Below are positions 56,591-64,000 of a stretch of DNA of 64,000 bases, piece after piece. The notes under the pieces are model-generated. The model was not told the DNA's origin. It saw nothing but the letters and a program-made list of their open reading frames with translations, and did not search any database. Origin of the DNA: Clostridia bacterium. Lineage in GTDB: Bacteria > Bacillota > Clostridia > Oscillospirales > CAG-272. The translations under genes and the position numbers were made by a program. The stretch's first letter is position 1; the number at the start of each line of letters is the position of its first letter. The stretch covers positions 7,174-71,173 of the forward strand of contig JAFQVV010000004.1 in the NCBI GenBank assembly GCA_017407835.1, written 5' to 3'.

Positions 56591-57449
56591 GGGCTTTCTC
56601 GTAGACATCGTACTCGTCCCAGATGCCTTCAAGACGGCGGAAGAGGACATCCAACTCTTCCTGTTTTTTCATCGACACGGCAGCAATCATGGCATTGATC
56701 AGACTCAGGGGCGCAACGAGCGAATCGACGAATGAAACCATATCGCTCTGCGCAGTCAGCAGCTCATCGGCATACTGAGCGATGGGCGAGAGTGCGGTAT
56801 CGGTAATGGCAATGATATTCGCTCCCGCTTCACGGGCGTATTCAACGGCGTTGATGGTTCGCTTGGAGTAGCGCGGGAAGCTGATGGCGATCATCACATC
56901 ATCGGCACCGATGCGCATAATGCGCTCGAACATTTCGCTGCCCGACGTGGTCTGAACGAACTGCACATTATCAAAAATCATCTGGAAATTCCGGCTCAGG
57001 AAAGAGGCAAGCGACGCCGAGGAGCGGACGCCGATGATATAAATGCGGCGAGCGGCAAGAATTTTATCGATGGCGGTATTGAACACTTCGCGATCAACCA
57101 GATCAAGCGTATGACGGATACGCTCAGCATCCGACATCAGCACTTTTTCCAGCATATCGCCGTCACCGATGAGATTGTTCGCCACCTCAATGCGCTGGAA
57201 GGAGGTCAGCTTGGTGCGGATAAGCTCCTGCAGAGAGCGCTGCAGCTCGGGATAGCCCTCATAGCCAAGCTCAATGGCAAAGCGGACAACCGTGGACTCG
57301 GACACGCCGACAAGCCCGCCGAGTTTGGATGCCGTCATATATGCCGCTTTTTCATAGTGCGCCAAAATATAGTTTGCGATCTGCTTCTGCCCCTTGGAAA
57401 ATTCGGGCATTTGCGTTTGAATCAACGTCAATAAATTCTGTTTTGCCAT
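56583..57449 (-). CDS. MurR/RpiR-family transcriptional regulator (HTH + SIS)
   Basis: N-terminal HTH is ..MTASKLGGLVGVSESTVVRFAIELGYEGYPELQ. C-terminal SIS domain. Confidence 0.9.
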   Translation of the reverse strand: MAKQNLLTLIQTQMPEFSKGQKQIANYILAHYEKAAYMTASKLGGLVGVSESTVVRFAIELGYEGYPELQRSLQELIRTKLTSFQRIEVANNLIGDGDMLEKVLMSDAERIRHTLDLVDREVFNTAIDKILAARRIYIIGVRSSASLASFLSRNFQMIFDNVQFVQTTSGSEMFERIMRIGADDVMIAISFPRYSKRTINAVEYAREAGANIIAITDTALSPIAQYADELLTAQSDMVSFVDSLVAPLSLINAMIAAVSMKKQEELDVLFRRLEGIWDEYDVYEKAHG

Positions 57450-57464
57450 TTTTCCATCCTGTTC

Positions 57465-57485
57465 TTATGCACGGTCAGTGCATAA
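57465..57485. repeat. 8-bp inverted repeat in the rpiR-like 5' UTR (candidate operator)
   Basis: TTATGCAC-ggtca-GTGCATAA, located between the -10 box (57522-57527) and the ATG (57449). Confidence 0.45.
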
Positions 57486-57521
57486 TCCTTGATTGGTTTT
57501 GCGCAATGCAAAGTTAAATAT

Positions 57522-57550
57522 ATTATACGCCAAGCAAGCAAAAAAGTCAA
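57522..57550 (-). promoter_or_regulatory. sigma-A promoter of the rpiR-like operon
   Basis: On the minus strand: TTGACT, 17-nt spacer, TATAAT. Confidence 0.65.
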
Positions 57551-57642
57551 GAAAAAGCCTCAATTTTGCGAAGAAAAAAGAAAGGTCTTGGGCTGCAAAA
57601 TAAAATAAACACAGTTGAGCGGAAGAACGGAAGAATCCGCGC

Positions 57643-57671
57643 TTGACAAGCCTGTATTTTTCGCGTATAAT
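57643..57671 (+). promoter_or_regulatory. sigma-A promoter of the small-protein/hydrolase operon
   Basis: TTGACA, 17-nt spacer, TATAAT (perfect consensus). Confidence 0.7.
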
Positions 57672-57701
57672 CAAAGCAATGTCAGCGAAAGGATACCACT
57701 C

Positions 57702-57986
57702 ATGATTCGTTATCTTCTTCCCTGCGAAGGCAAGTTCTGCCACGCCAATCTTCACGCGCACAGCACCGACTCGAACAGGCAGACCGATTCGACCTTTACT
57801 GCGGCAGTCAACAAAAATATCTGCCGCATAAATAACGCGGGATTTCTCACCATCGGCAATCAATGGCTGCGCAGTGCCGTCTTCACCAAGGCTGCATTTC
57901 CACCGGACGAGAAGGTGGAATTCATCACCGTTACCCTGACAGACAGCGAGGGGCACCGCGCTGTTTCCCAGGCATACAGAATGTGA
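57702..57986 (+). CDS. 94-aa hypothetical protein with a PHP-like N-terminal motif
   Basis: ATG follows AAAGGA. The N-terminus YLLPCEGKFCHANLHAHSTDS resembles the HxH..S.D start of PHP phosphoesterases, but the protein is far too short for the fold. Confidence 0.45.
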   Translation: MIRYLLPCEGKFCHANLHAHSTDSNRQTDSTFTAAVNKNICRINNAGFLTIGNQWLRSAVFTKAAFPPDEKVEFITVTLTDSEGHRAVSQAYRM

Positions 57987-57996
57987 GGCAGCCTTT

Positions 57997-58944
57997 ATGT
58001 GGATTGTTTTTATGATACTTGCGCTGCTGATCGTTTTGTCGGCGGCACTGATCATCGCCCGCTGGGCATTCGGGCAGGCATTCGCGCCGCCGAGAGGAAT
58101 TGATCCGCTGGCACTGCCCGAGGGTGAGCAATACCAGCGTGAACGTGTACGCATGGAGAAGATGATTGCCGAAATGGCCGCCATTCCTTACACGGAAATT
58201 CGCATGACTGCACGGGACGGCACACCTCTTTTCGCCCGATACTACGCGGTACGGGAAGGCGCCCCCCTGCAGATTCAAATGCATGGCTATCACGGAAGTG
58301 CCATTCGTGATTTCTGCGGCGGCGGAAAGCTGGCAATCGAAGCCGGGCATAACATTTTGATTGTCGATCAGCGGGCGCAGGGGCAAAGCGGCGGGCGAGC
58401 CATCACCTTTGGTGTTCTTGAACGCTTTGATTGTCTGGACTGGATCAACTACGCCAATGACCGTTTTGCACCGCCCTGCATCCTGCTCTACGGCGTGTCG
58501 ATGGGTGCCGCCACCGTACTGATGGCAAACGGGCTTGATCTGCCTGCCAACGTCCGCGCCGTCGTTGCCGATTGCCCTTACTCCGCCCCTTACGCCATTA
58601 TCGCCCGTGTATGCGGCGAGCGCGGCATTCCCCAAAAGCTTGCCATGCCCTTTGTTCGGCTCGGCGGCATATTATGGGGTGGATTTGACCTTTGTTCCGC
58701 CGCCCCGGTGGAGAGCGTGATGTCGGCAAAAGTCCCGATGCTGATTTTCCACGGCGAGGACGACCGCTTCGTCCCCTGTGAGATGAGCCGCGAGATCGCC
58801 CGCCACGCCGGCAATCACTGCCGGCTGGAGACATTCCCAAACGCGGGACATGGGTTAAGCTTTATCGAAGATTTCCCCCGTTACGCGGCGGCAATCGAAC
58901 AATTTCTCGCCGATTGCGGCGTGGAAACACAGAAGACAACATAA
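57997..58944 (+). CDS. alpha/beta hydrolase with an N-terminal membrane anchor
   Basis: N-terminal TM segment MWIVFMILALLIVLSAALIIA. Nucleophile elbow YGVSMGA. C-terminal D and H (GEDDRFV, AGHG). Confidence 0.85.
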   Translation: MWIVFMILALLIVLSAALIIARWAFGQAFAPPRGIDPLALPEGEQYQRERVRMEKMIAEMAAIPYTEIRMTARDGTPLFARYYAVREGAPLQIQMHGYHGSAIRDFCGGGKLAIEAGHNILIVDQRAQGQSGGRAITFGVLERFDCLDWINYANDRFAPPCILLYGVSMGAATVLMANGLDLPANVRAVVADCPYSAPYAIIARVCGERGIPQKLAMPFVRLGGILWGGFDLCSAAPVESVMSAKVPMLIFHGEDDRFVPCEMSREIARHAGNHCRLETFPNAGHGLSFIEDFPRYAAAIEQFLADCGVETQKTT

Positions 58945-58956
58945 AAATTGAAAAGG

Positions 58957-59000
58957 AAAGCAGCGGAAGATGTCATTTTTCATCTTCCGCTGTTTTGTTT
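58957..59000. terminator. bidirectional terminator between convergent genes
   Basis: CAGCGGAAGATG-tcattttt-CATCTTCCGCTG followed by TTTTGTTT. Confidence 0.8.
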
Positions 59001-59754
59001 ACATGTTTCGAACGATCGACCACGTTCGGCTTCGCCCCTGCGGCTCGGCCGGCTGCAGCAAGCCGAGAGCACAGAAGAGCTTGATCACGGTGTAACTTTG
59101 CCGCGAGGTCAGGCGGCACTCTGCGGCAAACTCTCGCGCAGTAAAGCACGCAGGCAAACCATCGGGCAAAAGGGCAGCAAAATCCTTCTGCTCTCGAAGA
59201 ACTTCCTCGCCGAGCAGTGCGAGCGGAATCCGCTCGCACCGCACCGAGCCGCGCTTGCGGTCGTGGCTCCAGCCGTTGAGCAACCGATAATCCTCCACCT
59301 CAAGCAAGGGAAAGACAAACTGCAAGCGATCGTTTGGCAGCAGATCGGCAAAATAGATCAACTCATCTGCTTCGTCAATCAACCGTCCCTTTTTCGGGGA
59401 GCGATGGCGGGGAGAAAGGCTCCCATCGACGGGATCAACCCAAAGAATCCATTTGCGGACGAAAATCGGATGCACCACGGTGACGCGATAATCTGTCTCG
59501 CGCAGATAAAAGGCGATTTTATCCTTGAGCGGATAAAGCCCTCCTGTTTGAATCTCGATAATCTCATCCTCACGCAGAATATCGGCGATATAGCTGCCCA
59601 CCTTCTGCTCGTGCCGCGTTTCGTCAGCTTCGTAATAGGATTTCAGCACGCGGTGGAGACGCTTTTCGGCGAGTGTATTGATCCCTCCGCCTTGGGGTGC
59701 AGCTGCATTGGCCGCCTCGGCGCACAAGCGGGAAAAATATGCGGCATCAATCAT
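58999..59754 (-). CDS. hypothetical protein, possible restriction-endonuclease-like (PD-(D/E)XK, CoiA-like core) fold with a C-terminal HTH-like region
   Basis: EKRLHRVLKSYYE..GSYIADIL..EIIEIQTG resembles nuclease-fold core strands (tentative). ATG at 59754 sits 1 nt after the ABC gene stop. Confidence 0.55.
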   Translation of the reverse strand: MIDAAYFSRLCAEAANAAAPQGGGINTLAEKRLHRVLKSYYEADETRHEQKVGSYIADILREDEIIEIQTGGLYPLKDKIAFYLRETDYRVTVVHPIFVRKWILWVDPVDGSLSPRHRSPKKGRLIDEADELIYFADLLPNDRLQFVFPLLEVEDYRLLNGWSHDRKRGSVRCERIPLALLGEEVLREQKDFAALLPDGLPACFTAREFAAECRLTSRQSYTVIKLFCALGLLQPAEPQGRSRTWSIVRNM

Positions 59755-59755
59755 A

Positions 59756-61633
59756 TCAGGTGGCGAATCCCGCAAATTGGTTGCGGTAAAGGGTGGCATA
59801 TTCCCCGCCCTGTGCCAACAATTCCTCATGATTGCCCGACTCACAGATAATACCGTTTTTGAGTACAATGATCGTATCGGCATCACGAATGGTGGAAAGT
59901 CGGTGGGCAATAATTAAACTGGTACGGTTTTTCATCAGCGAAACCATTGCCTGCTGAATCTGCATCTCGGTGCGGGTATCAACCGAGGAGGTTGCCTCGT
60001 CGAGGATGAGGATTTTGGGATCGGCAAGAACGGCGCGCGCAATGGCGAGCAGCTGACGCTGTCCCTGGCTGAGATTGCTGCCCGATTCTGCCAGCTGTGT
60101 ATCATATCCTGTGGGGATTCGTTCGATGAAGATATCGGCATTTGCGGTATCGGCGGCAGTGCGCATCTCTTCGTCGGTTGCATCGAGACGGCCGTATTTG
60201 ATGTTGGCGCGGATGCTGTCCGAGAAGAGCACGGTGTCCTGCAGAACAATACCGATCGAACGCCGCAGCTCTGCCTTTGGAATATGGCGAATATCCACGC
60301 CGTCGAGCAGAATCTGTCCGCCGTCGATCTCATAGAAGCGGGTGAGCAGGTTGACCACCGTCGTTTTGCCCGATCCGGTCGCACCGACGATGGCGATCTT
60401 TTTGCCTGCATCAACCGTGAAATCGAAATCGCGCAGGACGGGTTCTCCCTCAACATAGGAGAATTTGACATGACGGAACTCAATTCGCCCTCTCAGTGAT
60501 ATGGGATTGAGTGCGGACGTTCCCTCATCAACTTCGTCGGGGGTATCAATGATCTCAAAAATTCTCTCGGCACCTGCTATCGCCGTCAGAATTTGCGCAT
60601 ACTGATTGGCAATTTCGTTGATGGGGCGGGAAAATTTCTTGGAATACTGCAGAATGGACTGGATATTACCGATGGAGATATTCACCCATGCAACGGGATT
60701 GATGATAAACAAACCGCCGAACGTCGCGATCAGCAGGTAATTGAGGTTGCCGATGATGTTCATGCAGGGGCCCATGACGCCGCCCCAGATCCGCGCACGG
60801 ATACTGACATGGCGCAGGCGTCGGCTGACATCCTTGAAACGGTCAACTGCCTCACCCTCTCTGCCATAGGCCATCACGGTTTTGTAGCCGATGACCATCT
60901 CTTCAACCTGACCGTTCAGCTCACCGAGCAGCTTCTGCTGGGCGACAAAATATTTGCGCATAAACTTGGAGAGGGTGGTTGAAACAAGCAAGGTCAGCGG
61001 AATGGTCACAAATGCGATCAGCGTCATCACCCAGCTGTAGCGCAGCATCATGATCAGTGCGCCGATGACGGTCAGCACGCTTGAGAAAAGAGAGGCGATC
61101 GACTGCGCGATGGTATTGGAGACATTTTCAACATCGTTTGTCATACGGCTCATCAGATCGCCGTGCTTGTGGTTATCCACATAGCTGATGGGCAGGCGGG
61201 TAATCTTTGCAAACAAATCGTTCCGCAGGGTGTGAACGGTATTCTGGGAAAGACGTGCTGCCAGAAGTCCCTGGAAATACGTCATCAGCGACGAGCAGGC
61301 AAAGATTGCCGCCATGGTGCCAAGCAGGAAGAAGAGCCTTTCAAAATCAACGGTAATACGCCCCAGTTCCTCGTCAAACACAATGGTATCAATGGCAGCG
61401 CCCTGCAGCGCCGGTCCCGCAAGTTCGAGAACGGTGACCAAAAACATCACCGAGAGAAGGGCAAGGAGAATATTGCGGTTAACCCCGATATACTTGATCA
61501 GACGGCGAATGGTTTTCCAGAGATGCTTGGGCTTCTGCACATTCATGCGCGCCCCCATCGGTCCGCCCGGACCGGGACCTCGCCCAGGTCCCATGGCTGG
61601 ACGGTTCTGCGGTTGCTGTTTAGACTGATTCAT
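59756..61633 (-). CDS. ABC multidrug-type exporter subunit (permease + ATPase), canonical catalytic site
   Basis: GATGSGKTT Walker A, LSQGQRQLL signature, and ILILDEATSSVD Walker B with the catalytic Glu. G/P-rich N-terminal tail. Confidence 0.9.
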   Translation of the reverse strand: MNQSKQQPQNRPAMGPGRGPGPGGPMGARMNVQKPKHLWKTIRRLIKYIGVNRNILLALLSVMFLVTVLELAGPALQGAAIDTIVFDEELGRITVDFERLFFLLGTMAAIFACSSLMTYFQGLLAARLSQNTVHTLRNDLFAKITRLPISYVDNHKHGDLMSRMTNDVENVSNTIAQSIASLFSSVLTVIGALIMMLRYSWVMTLIAFVTIPLTLLVSTTLSKFMRKYFVAQQKLLGELNGQVEEMVIGYKTVMAYGREGEAVDRFKDVSRRLRHVSIRARIWGGVMGPCMNIIGNLNYLLIATFGGLFIINPVAWVNISIGNIQSILQYSKKFSRPINEIANQYAQILTAIAGAERIFEIIDTPDEVDEGTSALNPISLRGRIEFRHVKFSYVEGEPVLRDFDFTVDAGKKIAIVGATGSGKTTVVNLLTRFYEIDGGQILLDGVDIRHIPKAELRRSIGIVLQDTVLFSDSIRANIKYGRLDATDEEMRTAADTANADIFIERIPTGYDTQLAESGSNLSQGQRQLLAIARAVLADPKILILDEATSSVDTRTEMQIQQAMVSLMKNRTSLIIAHRLSTIRDADTIIVLKNGIICESGNHEELLAQGGEYATLYRNQFAGFAT

Positions 61634-63362
61634 GTGCTTCCCCTCCCTTCTTCATCTGCGATTGATAGATATCCTGGTAGGTGGGACTGATACGCATCAG
61701 CTCATCATGGGGCGCACAGTGAAGAATGCGGCCATCTTTTTCGATAACGGCAATGCGGTCGGCACCCCGCACGCTGGCGATGCGCTGTGCGATCATGACC
61801 ACCGTCGTATCCTGCAGGCGTTCGCGCAGCGCAGCGAGCAGCTTTGCCTCGGTGGCAAGGTCAAGCGCCGAGGTACAGTCATCAAGAATGAGAATCTCTG
61901 GGCGGCGAACGAGTGCACGTGCAATCGACATGCGCTGCTTTTGCCCGCCCGAGAGGGATGCTCCTTTCTCGGCAATGAAGGTATCGTACCCTTCATTGAA
62001 GCCTTCGATAAAGCCGGATGCCTGCGCGGTCTCGGCGGCATCTTTGATCTCCTCGATGGTCGCGTCCTCCTTGCCCCAGCGGATATTGTTGGCAATGGTA
62101 TCCGAGAAAAGTTCGCTTTTCTGCATCACAAAGCCAATCTTGCGGCGAAGTGCGGCAAGATCCCACTCGCGAACATTGCGTCCGTCCACACACACCTCGC
62201 CCTCAATTGCATCGTAGAATCGAGGAATCAAGTTGACAAGCGAGCTTTTGCCGCAGCCTGTTGCACCGATCACAGCGAGCGTTTCACCGCGGTGAACCTC
62301 AAGATTTATATCCGACAGGACGGGCAAGCCCGCGGTTCCGGGATAGCGGAAGGATACATGGGAGAAGGTGATACAGGGATAACTGCTCCCTTTGCCCTGG
62401 GATGCATCCCCACTCTTGATCACAGGATCGCTCTCCAGCACCTCGACAATGCGTTTGCTGGATGCCGAGGAGCGGGAAATGCTGTTGAACATCATGCTGA
62501 CCATCATCACCGAGCTCAAAATCTGTGTCACATAAGTAACCGCAGCCATAATATCGCCGGGCTGAAGCAGCTGCGCCCCGGCCTGTTTGCCGCCGATCAA
62601 AATAATGGCAATAACGGTAAAGTTCATAATCAGCATCAGGATCGGACCGATAATTGCCATCAGCTTGAGCACATAGAGATTTGTGTCGCGCAGCTCACCA
62701 TTGGCTCGGCCGAAACGGTCTTTTTCGTAATCCTCCCGCACATATGCTTTGACGACGCGCATACCGCCGACATTCTCCTGCACAACCGAATTGACGCGGT
62801 CAAGCTTTTTCTGCACAACACGGTAAAGCGGACCTGCCTTTTTGAGTATAAGCAGGATCAGGCAAAGCTGAATTGGCAAGGCGATGACCAGTGCCAGTGC
62901 GAAGCTGGTATTCATCGATACTGCCATGATGATACCGCCCACAAAAAAGATCGGGGCACGCACAAACATCCGCAGAATCATCGATACCAAATCCTGCACC
63001 ATGCTGATATCATTGGTCAGGCGGGTCACAAGCGAGCCTGTGGTGAACTTATCGGTCTGCTCAAGCGAGAGTCCCATCACGCGGCTGTACGCATCGACAC
63101 GCAGATCATGACCGAAGCTCTGCGAAACGTGCGTTGCTGTGACGGCGCAAAGAAAGCCCATCGCACCGCCGAGAATAACCAAACCAAGCATCAGCAGACC
63201 GGTTTTGATGATCAGCTCCATGTCGCCGCCCAATACACCTTCGTCGACGATGCGGCTCATCAATTTCGGCTGCAGCAAATCGATAACGACTTCGCCGACC
63301 ATCAGCAGCGGTGACAGCACGGCGAGAAGCCAATACGGTTTTAAATATTTAATCAATTTCAT
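61620..63362 (-). CDS. ABC multidrug-type exporter subunit (permease + ATPase), degenerate catalytic site
   Basis: GATGCGKSS Walker A and LSGGQKQRM signature. Walker B is ILILDDCTSALD, with Asp in place of the catalytic Glu. Start reset to MKLIKYLKPYW. Confidence 0.9.
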   Translation of the reverse strand: MKLIKYLKPYWLLAVLSPLLMVGEVVIDLLQPKLMSRIVDEGVLGGDMELIIKTGLLMLGLVILGGAMGFLCAVTATHVSQSFGHDLRVDAYSRVMGLSLEQTDKFTTGSLVTRLTNDISMVQDLVSMILRMFVRAPIFFVGGIIMAVSMNTSFALALVIALPIQLCLILLILKKAGPLYRVVQKKLDRVNSVVQENVGGMRVVKAYVREDYEKDRFGRANGELRDTNLYVLKLMAIIGPILMLIMNFTVIAIILIGGKQAGAQLLQPGDIMAAVTYVTQILSSVMMVSMMFNSISRSSASSKRIVEVLESDPVIKSGDASQGKGSSYPCITFSHVSFRYPGTAGLPVLSDINLEVHRGETLAVIGATGCGKSSLVNLIPRFYDAIEGEVCVDGRNVREWDLAALRRKIGFVMQKSELFSDTIANNIRWGKEDATIEEIKDAAETAQASGFIEGFNEGYDTFIAEKGASLSGGQKQRMSIARALVRRPEILILDDCTSALDLATEAKLLAALRERLQDTTVVMIAQRIASVRGADRIAVIEKDGRILHCAPHDELMRISPTYQDIYQSQMKKGGEAHESV

Positions 63363-63363
63363 C

Positions 63364-63846
63364 TTAAATTTCCCGTTCACTTTCCAATGCGCACAACATA
63401 TTATCACGCATTTTGGTCAATAATTGCAGCAGTTCTTCCTGTTCTGCCTCGGTAATCCCTTCCATCAAAATCGCATCATTGCTTTTGAGGCGGGCAATCG
63501 TGGCTCGGTTGAGCGCGTGCCCCTTTTCCGTCAGGTACACATGAATGGCGCGAAGATCGTCGGCATCGGTTTCTCGGCGAACAAAACCGCTTTGCTCCAA
63601 TTTTTTCAATGCAACACTCACGGTAGGCGGCTTGAGCAGGGTTGCCCTCACCAAATCGAGCTGCGTGCAGCCTTCCATATGAGACAGCACACGAAGAAGC
63701 ATGCGGCAGCTGCTCTGGGTTTGCAGCGGCTCGGTGGTGGTACGGCGCATTCGCTCATCAAAAAGACGAGAAATCTCGTTGACCACCATCGGAACAGTCG
63801 GACGAAAATTCTTTTTCGAATCGGGCTGTGGCATAGTATCCTCCAT
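63364..63846 (-). CDS. MarR-family transcriptional regulator
   Basis: 160 aa with a winged-helix region (..CTQLDLVRATLLKPPTVSVALKKLEQSGFVRRE). First gene of the ABC operon. Confidence 0.9.
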   Translation of the reverse strand: MEDTMPQPDSKKNFRPTVPMVVNEISRLFDERMRRTTTEPLQTQSSCRMLLRVLSHMEGCTQLDLVRATLLKPPTVSVALKKLEQSGFVRRETDADDLRAIHVYLTEKGHALNRATIARLKSNDAILMEGITEAEQEELLQLLTKMRDNMLCALESEREI

Positions 63847-63870
63847 ATAATTAGTTTACTAACTAATTAT
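63843..63870. repeat. 12-bp perfect inverted repeat overlapping the marR start codon (candidate MarR operator)
   Basis: ATATAATTAGTT-tact-AACTAATTATAT. The left arm includes the ATG (63846-63844). Confidence 0.55.
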
Positions 63871-64000
63871 ATGAATATTCCGTCCCGTTGTCAAGCTGTT
63901 TCATGATTTGTTTACAAGATATTCCGAATTTGGCGGCTTGAAAAAAAACTGTCACACATGAAAACGAACCTGCAATGGAATAGTAATGACTGTGCATGAC

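Noticed and set aside
57465-58184. A 239-aa minus-strand ORF spans the rpiR-hydrolase intergenic region. A 300-aa plus-strand ORF at 58948-59850 was also considered.
   Set aside because: Both overlap better-supported genes or promoters on the opposite strand, have no RBS and have no recognisable motifs. They are treated as spurious.
1-64000. I looked for CRISPR arrays, IS elements or transposases, prophage structural genes, retron or DGR reverse transcriptases, and rRNA.
   Set aside because: None were seen. There is no periodic direct-repeat array, no transposase, RT, Cas or capsid-like translation in any frame, and no large compositional island. The only recombinase is the Xer-like gene at the left edge.

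Overview
This is a 64-kb chromosomal segment from a moderately high-GC, spore-forming Firmicute. The class Clostridia, probably an Oscillospirales-like gut anaerobe, is my inference from gpr-spoIIP, an IspH-S1 fusion, GlnRS, a membrane pyrophosphatase and the codon bias; no database search was possible. I call about 58 protein genes, nearly all housekeeping or transport. They include gltX-glnS, metY, aspartokinase, hppA, tadA, the cmk-plsC-ispH/rpsA operon, putP, gltS, several ABC exporters, a MATE pump and an ABC-F ATPase. There is one tRNA-Arg(CCG) with its own promoter and terminator, and one T-box leader. I saw no rRNA, CRISPR array, IS element or phage structural genes. Intergenic regions are AT-rich and carry many near-consensus sigma-A promoters (TTGACA-17 nt-TATAAT, often with a TG extension) and GC-rich hairpin terminators. 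The items most worth a second look are these. (1) A T-box leader gates an AMP-forming acyl-CoA synthetase directly downstream of aspartokinase. (2) A three-gene island pairs an XRE-HTH/S24 self-cleaving-type repressor with a region-4-only sigma-like protein and a 57-aa membrane peptide, wired through face-to-face consensus promoters that share a 14-bp perfect palindrome. (3) A second XRE/S24 repressor is divergent from a 93-aa membrane protein. (4) recQ is split by a +1 frameshift in a G7/C7 homopolymer. (5) The aspartokinase promoter sits just upstream of a terminator hairpin. All functional calls rest on motif recognition in the supplied translations. Start codons were re-chosen using RBS context and are less certain than stop codons.
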